Source: Mobula hypostoma
Taxonomy: Eukaryota
Direction of reading: 5' to 3'
Length of the DNA stretch: 64,000 bases
Assembly (NCBI RefSeq): GCF_963921235.1
Contig: NC_086097.1
Coordinates: 220,660,001 to 220,724,000, forward strand
Each line of letters starts with the position of its first letter. The first letter of the stretch is position 1. The notes under the pieces were generated by a model, which was not told the origin of the DNA, searched no databases, and was given only the letters and a program-made list of their open reading frames with translations. A program made the translations under genes and the position numbers. Shown here piece by piece: positions 25,950 through 40,285 of the stretch.

Positions 25950-26600
25950 AAAGATTCAAGTATGTTTAATGTAATTTCTAGTACACAGAAGCGTAAAGGA
26001 AAGTGGAATATTTGTTACTCCGGACCCGATGCAGCACAAAAAAAACAACAGGATAAAGAACACAATAATAAAATAGCAATAAATACATCAGATAGCTTAT
26101 TGATCGTATGTACATAAGGTGATGCGTGATGTTTCTACATTCGGCAACTTTGACAAGAGATTATAAAGCAATGGTGGTGGGGCAGTGTGGTGGGTTGGGT
26201 TAGTGGGTGGAGATGTTAATCAGCCTTATTGCTTGGGAAAATAAACTGTTTTTGATGTTGGAGGTCCTGGTGTGGATATGACACCGCTTCCTGATGGGAC
26301 AAACTGTCAATGAGCAGAGTGATGGTGATATATTACATATTTTCCATCTCTCTTCATACTCCACAGAAGGTAAAGGCGTTGCTGAGCTTTTGAGATTGTG
26401 TAGGACGTGTTCTACGACCATGAAAAGGTTGTAGAAGATGTGCACACCCAGGAGTTTGAAACTGCCTGCACGTTCCACTGCTGTGCTGCTGATGTAGAGG
26501 GGCGTGAGTGGTGCCAGTTCTCCTGAAGTCCACAACCATCTCCTTTGTCTTGCTGACAAGTCTCAAGCTTCTCCACCTCCTCCCTGTAGGTGTTGTTGGT
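25950..26600 (-). mobile_element. Rex1/Babar-type LINE 3' fragment
   Basis: VSKTKEMVVDFRR, VERAGSFKLLGVHI, KNSLFSQAIRL. Confidence 0.8.
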
Positions 26601-29079
26601 GAAAGAGCCAAAGTTTGGAAAAGAAAAATCAATGTTTTCCACCTTTTGTTGTGACAGATCAAATCTGGATAACTGATCTCAAATGTTTTCAGTAGATGAG
26701 AATTATATAGCGAGTTGATTATATTCACTTGCAGTTAAAGACAGTTAACATATTTGGACCACACAGACGAGGAATACTGAAAAACTTCTTTTAAAAAAAT
26801 GTGGGTAAAAGTGAAGGAAGAAAGCATATCAGAATTGAAACATTCTTCTCCTTTGCAACTTCAGTGGCATGATAAACCAAACAATAATCCAACAAAAGCA
26901 AGTTTCCTTGGCAATCCCACCCTCCCTGAAAGGAATAACTACACAAAGCACAGTATTTTTCAATCAGAATGAGATCGAGGATGATGATCATACATACCAC
27001 TGATAATGTTGTAACTTGTAATTTTAATGCCAAATGAAAAATTTGAGTTAGAAAATCCAAGATACCAAAATATAAAGCAGTAGTCTCAATGAGAAACATG
27101 CAAATCTCCAAGAGGATCTTAAACTAGTAAAGGTACTGAATGATAAAATCTGAACATGTTGAGACTGAAATCTGTGTGTAGTTTAGACTGAATCTTGACA
27201 GATGTACAAAGGTGATTTACAACCACAAATATATCTGTCAGGTTTCAGGAGGTCCTTGCTAGAGCAATGTATTTGAGTAGTTGCTGTTCAGGAAGTCTCA
27301 GATTCAGCTCTCAACAGTTCAGATGATCACAGCAGTTCAACAGCTCTCATCCCTTGATATACATTTTCAACATGAGGTGCAGTAATGATTTCCCAACCAA
27401 GTTTGGATCAGTTGTCTTCCAGATATTAACTTATCAACACCCTAGTTCAGACACTTGTCTGCCATTCATAGGAGGTCAAAGAGAGATCTGCCAGTGCCAG
27501 GGCCTGGCACTAATAATCTTGTTCAGGATTAAAGAACGTCAATAGATAGGAAGCTGGTTTCCTAAAAATAACCAGGTGTACTTTTCACAAAGACCACTTT
27601 TCTGACCACAACTATCAATGCCAGCCGTACAGTCTGTCAAAAATACCATTTCATCAGTCAAGAAAACACATGATGACTAGTTTTTTATTTACATAAACAA
27701 CCACAAATTAAACACATTTCTTTGAAAGATAATTATAGAAATTATAATACACACATTAGTATCTAACTTATTGTACAGATTAACATTGCAATGGTAACAT
27801 GAATGGCTCATTTGTAGTGCAACTGAACACTCTCCAAATATGTGGTATGAAGTTATTGCAATAGCACGATCTCCAAAATAAACTCAGAATTTTATTATAA
27901 AGCGAACATTTTTAGACAAGAAATCCTGTTACAAGCCTCCAAAGATTTGAATACATAAACTTCATTTCTAAACGAAAATTCAGACCAGTCAATTTGAAAT
28001 CATGCCACCAGTAACTTCTCTGATCAAGCAAGAAGCTGTCTAGCACGCAATTACAGCAAGATTGCTGTAGTTATTCTCACACTAACTCCATGTCATATGA
28101 AAATGTTAATGTCAGTACTTGGCCCTCTTTCGTTACTCCTATTGAGCAGGAGACACAAGAGCCCAAAAACTTGCACTCAATGATTTAGGAACAGCTTTAG
28201 GAACTCTCCAGTTTTCTGAGCAGACCCTGAACCCTTGAGCATTATCTCATTAATGCTTGATTTGCACTCTTTACTTATTTTGAAATTTATAGCTTTTATG
28301 TCTCTGCATTGTACTGCTGTTATACAGCAACAGACTTCAGTCAGTGACACTCAGTTCTGAAGCACTCAAAATAATTCACAGAACAAGGGAGCAATCAAAG
28401 AGATGCTGTTATATTGATTGATGTCTAATTGTTTTCAACAAAAATCAGATTAAAGTTAAAAATTTAAAGGCAAACTGCTGGAATCTGAAACGAAGTGCAG
28501 ATGCTGCAATCTGAAACAGAAACAGAACAGTGGACTAAGTCAGCGGGTCGAACAGGATTTGTGGAGGCAAAAAAGGTGAAGTTGAGGTTTCACACTGAAT
28601 TAGGTTAAGTTTAACAAAAGGTATCATTTTCAAAAGTATGGCTCCTCAAAAATTCTATCAAAGCATCTGCATTTTAATGGCATTGATTACTTCTCCAACA
28701 TGGCCATATTATTTTAGATTGATCTAAGCTGATGTGCAAAATTATATTGTAAATGCTGGTAACAGTAAAAATAAAGGGAAGTTTACACTAAAACATTTTC
28801 TCCTGGAAACCCTGCACCACCCCACCTGCCCTATCCTGTACCTACTCGCACTTCATAGCAGAAAGGCATCAGTAAAACTATCATTAATTATTATTTTGCA
28901 TTGCAAAAGTTCTTCAGTAATTCTTTCTTTTACTGCTCATGGCAAAAATGGCTTGGGATCAATCCAAAGCCAAAATCTTTCGACACTGCTAAGGATCTTC
29001 TACTTTAATTGTCATATTTTTCTAGATGATTCTTCCCTGGAAACAAAAGCATCCACAGTTTATTCTTCCTTTCTTTCCC

Positions 29080-29890
29080 TTTCTTTTTCAATCTTTTTAT
29101 TAATGTTAAAATGATAAACATAACATTGTATTAATACAAAGCTATTGGGATTACATTGTTAATAATTAACATATATAAATATAAACTCAATTGACGCACA
29201 GGTATTAAACCTCCCAAAATCGTACAAAATATAGATATAATATACAAAAAAAACAGAAATAGCATGAAAAAGGAAAAAAAAATAAAAATACACCCCCCCC
29301 CAAAAGCTAAGCTAAACAATACTAATCAACTAAGGAAAAGAAAAGACAAGACATGGGCTGTTGTGTAACGTCAAAAAGAACCATTAGCGTCATTGACTCC
29401 GCTCCTCTCTGCACATCTTTAAAAGAAATAGAATAGGTATGGAAAAGATCAAATTACATCAGATAGAAGTGTTGAATAAATGGCCTCCAAGTCTTTTCGA
29501 ATTTAATAGAAGGATCATAAATGACACTTCTAATTTTCTCTAAATTTAAACACAGCAAAGTTTGAGAGAACCAATGAAATGTGGTGGAAGGATTGATCTC
29601 TTTTCAATTCAGCAAAATGGGTCTTCTAGCCATTAATGTAAGAAATGTAATCAACCAACGAGCTGAAGAGGTTAAATGATTTGGTTCTATCATTGGTAAA
29701 CCAAAAATTGCAGTAATAGGGTGAGGTTGTAAATCAATACTCAGAACAGTTGAAATAATATCAAAGATATCTTTCCAGTATTTTTTCAAAAAAGGACATG
29801 ACCAAAACATACGAGTTAAAGAAGCTATCTCAAGAGTGGCATCTATCACATACGGGATTTATATGGGAGTAATAACCAGCTAATTTATCC
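29080..29890 (-). mobile_element. L1-clade LINE 3' fragment
   Basis: ASLTRMFWSCPFL..YWKDIF..LQPHPITAIFG (ORF2 C-terminal Cys-rich region); AATAAA and A-rich tail on minus. Confidence 0.85.
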
Positions 29891-30399
29891 GGCCAAATTC
29901 TCTCTCATCCTGATCTTGCTGCCCTACTCACGACTGGCTTCACTCCGAAAGGTGAGCTGGTACCTGACAGGCAGCTTTTTATTATAATAACCAAGGTTTT
30001 ACTCCCTCAGAATATCCCTTGCAACCTCAGAAGCAGTAACCCATAATATCAGGTCCCGTGCACAAAATACCAACAGGTGTGGTAGAGTATTGATGGCTCC
30101 CTTTCACAAAATGCATTATACAAATACTCCACAATAATTTCCTTCTGAGTTTCATTAAAATATAAGGCAGTGATAATAAATGTCTTCTGTAACCTAAATT
30201 CTGCTCTCAGCAACATCATGTAACAGATTGGGCACCACATATACATCGATCTTTCTCAAAATTCAGTCCTCTCCTGTATACCATTTCTCAAGCTACTTGT
30301 CCGGCATCCGGTAATTAATAAGCAGGAACTTTCTAATCTGGAAAAACTGAACTCCTTGCCTCTAATTTCCACCATGAAACCTATTGTATCAATTATCTC

Positions 30400-30900
30400 T
30401 ATTCCTTTCTTCCAGTTACTATTAGAGACTAAACCAGATAGAGTTTAACCTTTATTTCCTGGCTGAGCCAACGGAGAACATCAGAACCATACATCTGCTC
30501 AAGCATCAAGACTGCTTTCTTCCAGCTCCTATAACATAGCCATCATCTTAATTTATTTGCTGGACAAAGCCTTCAATACCTTGCCTACTTCTGGTCCCCA
30601 ATACTTCGTAAGCTCGCTCCACATTACAGACTGGAACACTTCTCAAAGTCTGCTGCTTCGTCCCGTCTTGTTCCTTTGTCACTTCTACAATCACTGATAT
30701 TACACAGGCTCAGGCTCCACCTCAATTTTAAAATCACATTCCTTGTTTAACAAGCCTTTTAACGCCCTTACCTCTCCTTATCAACACAACCTACTCCTCC
30801 AACTCCACCCACTTGCACTTTACCAATTTTCTCCACTCTACCATTTGCCCGAACGCCTTCAGTTGCAAGCTCTGGAGCTCCCCCCCCCCCCCCCACCAAA
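30400..30900 (+). mobile_element. Old L2-like 3' remnant
   Basis: Degenerate CTCAATTTTAAAATC..CCTTGTTT motif typical of L2 ends. Confidence 0.4.
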
Positions 30901-30969
30901 CCAATGTGTTCTTTTATCTTCCCTCCCTCCCTCACCATCTTTAAGTTGTTCATTAATCCTTTCACCATA

Positions 30970-31745
30970 ATAACAAGGAGCATATTTAGGCCATTCTGCC
31001 CATCAAGTCTTCCCAGCCTAAATCATGGCTAATTTAGTATCCCTTCCAACCCCTTTCTCTTGCCTTCCCCTTGTAACTTCTGAAGTACTTACTGAAAAGA
31101 ACTCATCAATTTCCGCTTTAAATATACCCAATGACTTAACCTCTACAGCCATCTGTGGCAATGAATTCCACAGATTCACTACCCTAAAGAATTTCCTCAT
31201 CTGTGCCCCAAAGTGATATGCTTTTATTCCGAGGTTGTGTCCTCTGGTCTCGGACCCCCCCCCCCCCCCCACTGCTGGGAACATCCTCACCACATACATT
31301 CTATGCAAGCCTTTCAAGATTCAATAGGTCTCAAGGAGATCCCCTCTCATTCTTCTAAACTCCAGCGAGTACAGGCCCAGAGCCAAAGACTCCCCATACA
31401 TTCATCCTTTCATTCCCTGGATAATTTTGTAAAATCCTCTAGACCCTCTCCAACGTCAGCAGACCTCTTCTTAGATTCTGGGCCCCAAAACTGCTCACAG
31501 TACTTCAATGGTAGTACCAATGCCTTATAGGGCATTACTTGGTCATCTTAGCGGTTATATTTTAGTCCTCACAAAATGAATGCTGACTCTGCATTTGCCT
31601 TCCTTCCTATTGACTCAACCTGCAAGTTAACTTTTAGAAAACCCTACACTAGGTCTCCTAAGTGTCTTTGCACTTCCAATTTCTGAATTCGCTCCCCATT
31701 CATAAAATAGTCAATGCCTTTACTCCCTCCGTCAGAGTGCACGAC
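30970..31745 (-). mobile_element. CR1 3' fragment
   Basis: ETRGHNL..FFRVVNLWNSLPQMAVE..FKAEID. Confidence 0.85.
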
Positions 31746-34599
31746 TATAATACAAGGATTACCTTGCATTCCTTGCAGCTTTTTCCTCAGGTATTTGACT
31801 TGTAAGAAGCACCTTCAGCTACATTAAAGCAGCTGCAGAAATGGAAGCTGTGTTTATTATACCTAGTCACATCTATTGGGGCAGGTGAAATTCAGATCAT
31901 TTGGTGTAGACACACCATCTTTAAAGAGTGAGGAAGATATTTTGTTAGAGCATTTGTAAAATTGTTATAGCATTATAAAATCTTTACAGCAAGGCATCCT
32001 TTGGGCTATTTTACTGTGTTTGTGCTTTGAAAGAGTGTTCCAATTAGGAACATGAACCCTAAAAGACCACTGATCCGATGTCCTTCTGCAGTCTGCCAAA
32101 AAGGCAATGAGATCCAGTCATTTTGAAGTGTTGCTTGAGTGAATAATGGGCTACCTAGACAGTGAAAATAGTAATCATTCATGCTGGAAATGAACCTTAA
32201 ATTTTGGATTGTATAAAAGGACTTAAAAAATCATTTTGTAGCTAATGTTCGAGAAAGTGTCAAGGATAAACAGTTTTAAACACGTTGAGATGCCACCTTT
32301 ACCCCAGAGGTTTTATTCCTCAAACAAAAACAACTGCAAACACCGTGAAACTGACTAAAGAATTGCATCGTTCTGCTTTGCAATTCCCACTGCCCCACCC
32401 TCACATCGGCCCCTCCATTCTATTAGTTTTGCCCTGTCAATAACCTAAACCTACAAGAAGCTGTGCTTATGCACGAGGCATCTGTTAAACTTATTTCCAC
32501 CCCCCACCACTGTTGCTGGATTCTGCTGGTATTCATCCAGTTCAACTTGCCAATACACACTGGGCTAACTGCCAATGATAGACCTTCCTCATAAAGCAAG
32601 AGGAAGCTTACATTAAAGTACGCTACCTGCTTTCATTATGGGCGACTGGCAGTGCCAGCCTTGCGCCGTAGTAAGCTCAGTCAAGTACACCCATTTTTAT
32701 CTTGCTGCATTGGTAAACTACAACTCTCCACAGTAAACTATTTTAGAATATCTTCTGAATAATGAATTTATTAATTTAAAAGACTGAAACTACACAAATA
32801 AAGATTAAATGGAATGTGTTCTAACTTGTTAATGTATTTTATCTATTCACCAAACAAGACACAACGTTCTTGACATCACAATGACAACCAAAAATAGAAA
32901 CTTTTGCTGCAAATCATTACAATTAATTCCTAAAGAAAATTGCACATGAGGAAAACCATGAATTTTCCCCTTATAAATCCCAGGTTTGCTTTCATTCCTT
33001 TGGATTATTCAAGCAGGCAGTAAAATTCCAAAACTAGGAGTATTATATCAATGTACTGAGTAGTTGCCAAGAATATCACACAGCAGCAAATCAAAAGCAA
33101 AATTGCAGCTGAAATTTGCTCTCCCTTGTACACCAGTTATTAATCATAATTAGTTAACTAAGTTTTTCTGATATATATAAGTGAAGGATATGTAAGTGCC
33201 CTTTAAAACAGCTCATTGATTCTGTAAAGCTTTGGAATGGTCTGAGCAAATGAAAACAATTTTAAGAAAATCCACATTATTTCTCTTCAGCACAAAATCA
33301 ATAGTGTGATTTATTTTACAACTAAACTATTTTACTAAGCAGACAAATATTCAACTTCCATTTTTACTTGTTAAAATGAAAGCGTGCAAAATAGAACTAA
33401 TGAAATATTGGAATAAGGAAAAGGTTTCCATAGAAATAAGCAAAGGTGGTATGGTGCCTAATTAAATCAGTATCTAAACAAAAATCATATGGGAGTTAAT
33501 CAGTGTGTGTGCGCAATTGAAATGCTGCATCCTGACAGTGGCTGTGAACCACAAGATGGAGAATACATTTCAACATTTTGTAATCATTCTATTAATCTTT
33601 TACTGCAAAATACATCCTGGAAGGAAGGTATGGTCAACTTATCTGCAGCAACAAATCTCTCAAAGGAGGTCAGTTAAAGGAGAAATAAAAATCCTTTGGG
33701 AAAAGGAAAAGCAACTCCCAACCAGATTTGTCCATGTCCTGAAACAAACAAGGAATTCGTAGTTCACTAGCAGTGCAATATGCCTATTTCTACCCATGTT
33801 CATATCTAGATCTCAGGAATCATGCTTAAAGACCTTTCAACCACTTGTGTCAAGTTGTGTCATGTAATAGTCAAGACAAGAAAACCATTCCCCTATCTGG
33901 ATACACACATGCTATAGGTCTAGTGCACTCAAAGGTACAAAACTACTCTCCTATGGCATCAGCTGTCCAAGTACAGAGCCAAGCAATGAAAAACACTGTT
34001 CATAATTCAAAACAGTTTATTGTTTCACCATCATTTGTATTGTTCACTTCACGACTGGGGGGGAAAAAAACTGCAGCTCATTCAATCTCTATGGAGGTAG
34101 CCTGTTGCAAGAGATTGACAAAGGAAGCTAACGTAAAGATCTAAAGGGTCATCATGAACAGTAGTGCAGAGTCACAAAGACATAGCAACTAACATCTGAA
34201 ATATAACGTAGATCTATGATTAATGATACCTTTGTTCAGAGAGACATAAAAGTGTTTTTAACCTAAAGATAGGAAATCAGTTTAGCCTCAGATAACTCCC
34301 CAAAAAATATAACAAAATTCATTTGAAACTTCATGACTATGTGAAATAGCAACTACTTTCCAAATCACCTGGATTAATGAATGTTCCAATCAGTTAAATA
34401 AGGACAGGGATCTAGAAGTCATATTTGCAGACAGCAACTACTGATGAACTATGAACTAACCAAGCAACTTACAAATGACTAAAAGAATAATCTGTTATCA
34501 CATTCCCTGGGAAATGGAACTTCAGAAATAGTCATGACATGGTCAAATTTTGATATTAAATTCATTACATTATGTTGTTGTCTTTTTTAAACCTATTTT

Positions 34600-35475
34600 T
34601 ATGATGGCAAGACCCTGCTGCACATTAACTGCAAGTCTACCCCACCAGTGAGTTGATTGCTGGTGGAGAAGCTGAAGGAGCTGAACTTGGTGTGGACCGC
34701 GATGCTGCCTACGGCAGAGGCGCACCTGTGTGAAGTGAGTGTGTAGGTGTGTAGTTTTACAGTGAATGATCGTCTTAGTGGCTTTCCTTGTGATCACAAA
34801 ACCCTGTTGAACATTGCTGGTGTGGAACGTTGCAAGTCCAATCTATGGGCTTATTGGTGAACAGCGGGGGGGGGGGGATGCTGTGTGGCCTCAGTCATAG
34901 CAACGAGTAGGCCTCAAGCCACGGTGTCATATGTTTGTAGCCACCCACTCTTACAGCAAATAATCATCACAGTCACTTGTCTTGTGATTGCAAGACCCCG
35001 TCGGACACTAGAAATTTGAAATATCGCAAACCCAATTCATTGGTTTATTAGCGGATGATGGGGGAGCTGTGTGGCTTCAGTCATAGCAATGACTAGGCCT
35101 CAAGCCTGTGTACAGCCACTCAGGGGGAGGTGCCAGAGTCAGGCACTCAGTTGGAGTGCCAGATGTGGTGTGGCACAGCTTCCATGCTGGAGAAAGCGAT
35201 ATCCTCCCCCCCACCCCCACCCCAGTATCCACTTGGCAGAAGATGAGTTCTATTGTGTTTGACTGCAGACTGCTGCAACATTCACGAACTGGGACTATTT
35301 TTTTGAGTAACCATGTTTTACTGCCATCTTATATGTGCTTGCTATCTTATGCCTGGTGCTGTGTATAACTGGTGGCACTGTGTTTTGCTTCTTGGCCCCC
35401 TGAGTAAAGCTGTTTCATCTGACTGTATTCATGGGTACTCATGTATGGTTAAATGACAATTAAGCTTGAACTGGA
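34600..35475 (+). mobile_element. Unclassified non-autonomous retroposon with ~190-200-bp degenerate internal repeats and a LINE-like tail
   Basis: GCTGTGTGGC(C/T)TCAGTCATAGCAA..AGGCCTCAAGCC at ~34880 and ~35066; GCAAGACCC-like unit starts at ~34607, ~34796 and ~34991; ends ATGACAATTAAGCTTGAAC. Confidence 0.5.
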
Positions 35476-35544
35476 ATAATCCGAAGCCACTAACCAAACA
35501 GACACATAGGAATCATCTTGAAGGAAGGGAGTGAGAGATAGTGA

Positions 35545-36110
35545 GAGCAAAGAACCATGAAATTAGAGACCTGTTAGTCTAACATCTGTTGTAGGAAGTT
35601 ATCGAAATCTGTAATTAAGGACAGACTGAATGAGCACTTAGCTGTAATTTGAGCTGATTAGAGAGAGAGAGCCAACAAGGATTTATAAAGGGTAGGTCAT
35701 GTCTAACGAACCTAAATTATTTTTAAGGGGAAATAAATAGAAGAGGGGATACATATGAATGTGGTTCCAGAAGGTTCCATGCAAGAGACAGTTAAAATTA
35801 AAGCTCATGGAACTGAAGCAAATTATTGACCGAGTTTAAGAGGCAAAATAAGGAATGACAATGTATTTGAATAGGCAGCAAGTAACCTTCAATGTCCAAC
35901 CAAAAATTGTGCTGCTGCTCAATGATTCACTATATTTAGTACTAACTTGCCTAACAACACAGGAAATCCTATATCCAAGTTTATCTATGACACAGAAGTC
36001 GGTGGCATTATCAGTAGTGTATATCAAGGCATAAAAGCAGAGGCAATAATTGATTGAATAGCTGAAAGGCGAACAAATGGGCCTCAGTACAGATAAATAT
36101 GAGGAGATCT
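35545..36110 (+). mobile_element. Old CR1 RT remnant
   Basis: Degenerate RPVSLTSVVG / GRSCLTNL coding sequence. Confidence 0.65.
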
Positions 36111-36281
36111 AAAAAGGACTGATCTAATATTAATTAAATTACAAAGAGCTAGAGAAAGCAACAGCAAATAGATACATACACATGGCCCAAATACATGAGC
36201 TACACCTCTCTAAGTGTCCTGTTAGATTGGGACAAATCCACAAGACCACCCCACTTATTAGCAACCTACTCTACTTATTTT

Positions 36282-36921
36282 TGTTCCAAATCTTTTTTAT
36301 TATTATCCAAAAATAACAAAGTACATCGTAGTAGGCAAAACTCAAGAAAAAAAAACATGTTTTAAAGATTGAAAAAATTTTGGTGACAAAATATGGAAAA
36401 AAACCCTACTAAGCAAGAAAAAGTGAGAAAAAAAAACCCATTAGGTGTTCAACCCCAGAGCCAAGCGTCATACAAAAAGCTTCTAAAGATACTATTATGA
36501 GTATGAACCCTTTGATGAAGGGCTCCATTGGAAGAACTTATAATTTACTATTACAATGGGATAAGCATCCTTTATTTAAGATTAAGCAAGATTGGGAAAA
36601 GGAACTTAATTTGACTTTTATGATGGAAGACTGGACGCGGATTCTGAAGTTGGTTAACTCTTCTTCGATTTGTGCTAATCATTCACTGATTCAATTTTAA
36701 ATTGTACATTGTTACTACTTGATGAAGGAGAGATTATCTAAAATGTTTCCTGATGTCCATAGTTATTGCGATAGATGTAAAACTGAGACAGCTATACTGA
36801 CACATATGTTTCGGTCCTGTTCTATACTGAAACAGTTCTGGAAGTCAGTTTTTCCTACATTTTCTAAAGAACTTAAAATTAATTTACAACCTAACAAATT
36901 AACTGTGCTCTTTGGAATAAT
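36282..36921. mobile_element. 5'-inverted L1 insertion: minus-strand 3' UTR ~36282-36490 plus sense-strand ORF2 piece ~36495-36921
   Basis: 15-bp TSD TACTCTACTTATTTT (36267-36281, 36922-36936). ORFs IKQDWEKEL..SLIQF and CDRCKTETAILTHMFRSC..FWKSVF. Confidence 0.88.
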
Positions 36922-38894
36922 TACTCTACTTATTTTGCTGACACTCCTATGGGGAAAAGGCAGGAGAATGGAGTATCAACCATGATGAAATGGCAGAGCA
37001 GACCCAATGGGCTGAATGGCCTAATTCTGCCCGTGTGCCTTACGGTGAAAAACACATTCGCCTTAATGGCTGGGCCACAGTATGTGGCCGTCACTTCCGT
37101 ATGTACCTATTCAGAGACCAAGCCTCAAGTGATTACAAAGTATTCCAGAGAGTAAAGGTTATATTCAGACCTCTTCTGTATAGTCACAACTGCCCCCTCT
37201 GTATAGTGCTCCTTTGACAATAAAATTTCACAACAAAGCCCTGGAAAACACAGCCCATTTCCCCATATCTCAAGAGCTACCACTAAACAAAAGGAGAGAA
37301 ATTCACCCTTTGCCTTAGTGCACCAGCACAGCCTCTGGCAGGCTGAGGAAAAGGATGTTTAAGGATTAAGATTTCAAACTAGCACAAATGGACACCATCT
37401 CAAGGCATACCAATAATGTCTCCAAAGAAAACCTACAAATTCACAGGAAGGATGTCAACATTTCATTTCCTCTCCTCAGCCAACGGCCCCAACATTGGCA
37501 CCCAAGCTATGCACAATCAGATCCTGTGGGCGAGTGATTTGCAAGTGTGATACTTGACTCCTGAACAGACACAACATTAAAAGTCTGTTACTATACAAAT
37601 CAAATTGGGGAAACAAGTGGCATTGAGACCCGCACGTCTATGCTTTGGGAACACACAGAAATTCAAAATGATTGTTGGAATGAGTGCACTACCTCACAAA
37701 CTACCCACCATATTAAACATAGCTTCCACAGGGGCTTTCTTCATCACCATCAGATCCAGAGTGGGAAGTCATTACTCAACAGCCCAAAAATAAAGAAATC
37801 ATCCTGGGTTTCACAGGTCAAATTATAAACTTGTACTTAAACTAGGCTGGTATTCCCCATATAATTGGCAGTTAAAAGATAATCTGATTGAGGTTTTAAT
37901 ATTTGAAAGGAATTGCATAGAAAGGAAACCTTCTGGTGGCAAAGAAATCTAGGACAAGGGGTACATAAATTAAATTAAACTAAGCCATTCATGGAGAACT
38001 GAGGAAGCATTGCTCCTGCAAACCTGGGAGGGAATGTGGAACACGTTCCATAAACAGTAAAACAATGCCAGTTCAGAATCATTTTAAGTATTGTTGTTAG
38101 GGGCTGAGGGATTTGATGCTATCATTGCTGGGTTTTTTTCCCTGCATGGAAGGGGCTGGGGATTTGATGTTATTGTTGCTGGTTCTTTTGCGAGGGAGGG
38201 GGTTGGGGCTTTAGAGTTTTTTGTGGGTGTGGACAATCTGTTAGCTTTTTTTGTGCAAGGAGATGGGGGTGTTTGGGGTTTGCGAGTTTTGTTCCTTTTT
38301 CACGTCAGTGGGAGCAATGGCTTTTCTTTTCAACAACTCCCATGGTTTTTCTGTATTTCATGGCTACCTGGGAAAGATGAATATCAGAGTTGTATTATAC
38401 ATGCATACCTTGACAATAAAAAAAATGAACCTTTCACTTTTTATCAGGTATAAAAGGGTATGGAACCCAGGGCACATAGTTGGAGGTACTAACAAAGTAA
38501 ATTAGGATCTTGAAGAATGAATCGAAAGACTTCTATCAACATCTAGTTTTTAAAAGATATGCTGCTTGTTTACCATAATTTAGTTTACTGTATACAGTAT
38601 GCACCATGTGCTCTGACTTACACTGCAATGAGCAAACACAAATAGACAACGTACTTTGAGGATCACCTCTGTTCTGCCTTCACACTTACTTGGAGAGTCC
38701 AGTTAAGCATCATATTAACTCTCCTTCCCATTGATTCTGACCACTTGATCCAAAGCATTCCAATCTGTTCCAACCCAGCTCCAGAAACAACAAGATTTTC
38801 TAACAAGGTCACTGCAACTGTTTGCACATTTCAGCAAACCATTTCTAATATTCCTTTGATATTTTTAGATGATTGTTCCACAGTCGCATCTCCA

Positions 38895-39105
38895 GCAGCA
38901 GTGGTAGAGGTGGATACGTTAGGGACATTTAAGAGACTTTTAGATTGGCACACAGACGATAGAAAAATGAGCAGCTATGTAGGAGGGAAGGGTTAGATTG
39001 ATCTTAAGAGTAGGTTAAAAGGCCAGCACAACATCAAATGGCCTGCATAGATGGGCTGAAGGGCCCTTTTCTGTGCTGTACTTTAACTATTGTGCTGTTA
39101 TGTTC
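38895..39105 (+). mobile_element. CR1 3' tail fragment
   Basis: VVEVDTLGTFKRLLD followed by GGGCTGAAGGGCC..TGTGCTGTA tail. Confidence 0.75.
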
Positions 39106-40285
39106 TTTTCCAGTTCTGAAAAGCCATCAACACTAAAACGTTAATTCTGTTCTTCCCCAGATAGATTGAACATTCAGCAATTGTTTTTATACAAATATGA
39201 TAACTTTTGCTTCAAGTCCAACAAACTGCCAATATACAATTGCTACCTTGTACTGCCATGTTATACAAGCAGCTGATGGTCACCTGAATCCATCATCACA
39301 TAATTAGATCAGACATTGCTGCTTTAATTCACAAGCAATAAATCACTTAACAACAGATTACAGTGCCACTGATACTCACACACTAGCCAAAACACAAATG
39401 CAAGCAGCTCTATTAGCATTCCAAATTTAACAACATGACTTCCCTTTATACTGCAGTGCAAAACAGTAAAACTATTGCAATGTTTTGCAGGAGTACCGTC
39501 AAATTATAGCTGAAACCAAACTACACAAGATGACCCAATTTATAAAATTGCATCTTCACAACAACAAAAAAAAATAAATGATGATTTAGGAGGTAAACTC
39601 ATAAGCAAAACAGCCTTGCCAACTAGCAGCATGACATTGGTGAAGTAGTTAATTGTGACCAAAAGATTAGCATTTTCTGAGAACGGATAATTTAAAGGCT
39701 GGAAGAATTTAAGAGGTGAGGGGTGGGGTACGGTAGTTGAAGTTAAGGAGGGACTTCACAATAAAGACAAGTATTTTAAAATTGAGGCATTACTTGACCA
39801 CAAAGCAAAGCAAGTTAGTGGAGCAATGTATGACGAGGACTTGGAGTAACCTAGACCTCATTAATTGAGGGGCAAAGACAGCTCGGGTTACACAAAGATA
39901 TAGAGTTCTGGTGTTTTTTTGGGTGCTCCAGTTTTATCCCTGACACCAAATCGGTGAGGATTGATGCATTAATTGGCCATTGTCAATTACTAGTGTGTAG
40001 GCAAGGTATGTAGCGTCCATCTGGAGGGGAGGCAGTAATTAAGATGGGGAGAAAACAAATAGGATTAATATAGGATTAATTTAATGGGTGGTTGCTAGTC
40101 AGCACAGACTAAATTGACTGAATGGCCATTTTCAGACTGTCTCTCTCTAGGACTCAATTATAATTAAGGCTGAAACTGCTCAAGACATGGATGAGGGTTT
40201 CAGCAGCAGTTGAGTGTTTGAATGAATGAATCATTTGTTTGGATTTATAAAATCAAACTCAGCTGAGTACGAGTTTTAAAAATTT

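Noticed and set aside
31755..31850. Possible 70-nt exon on minus
   Set aside because: Stops in all frames, a modest donor, and it directly abuts a CR1 end
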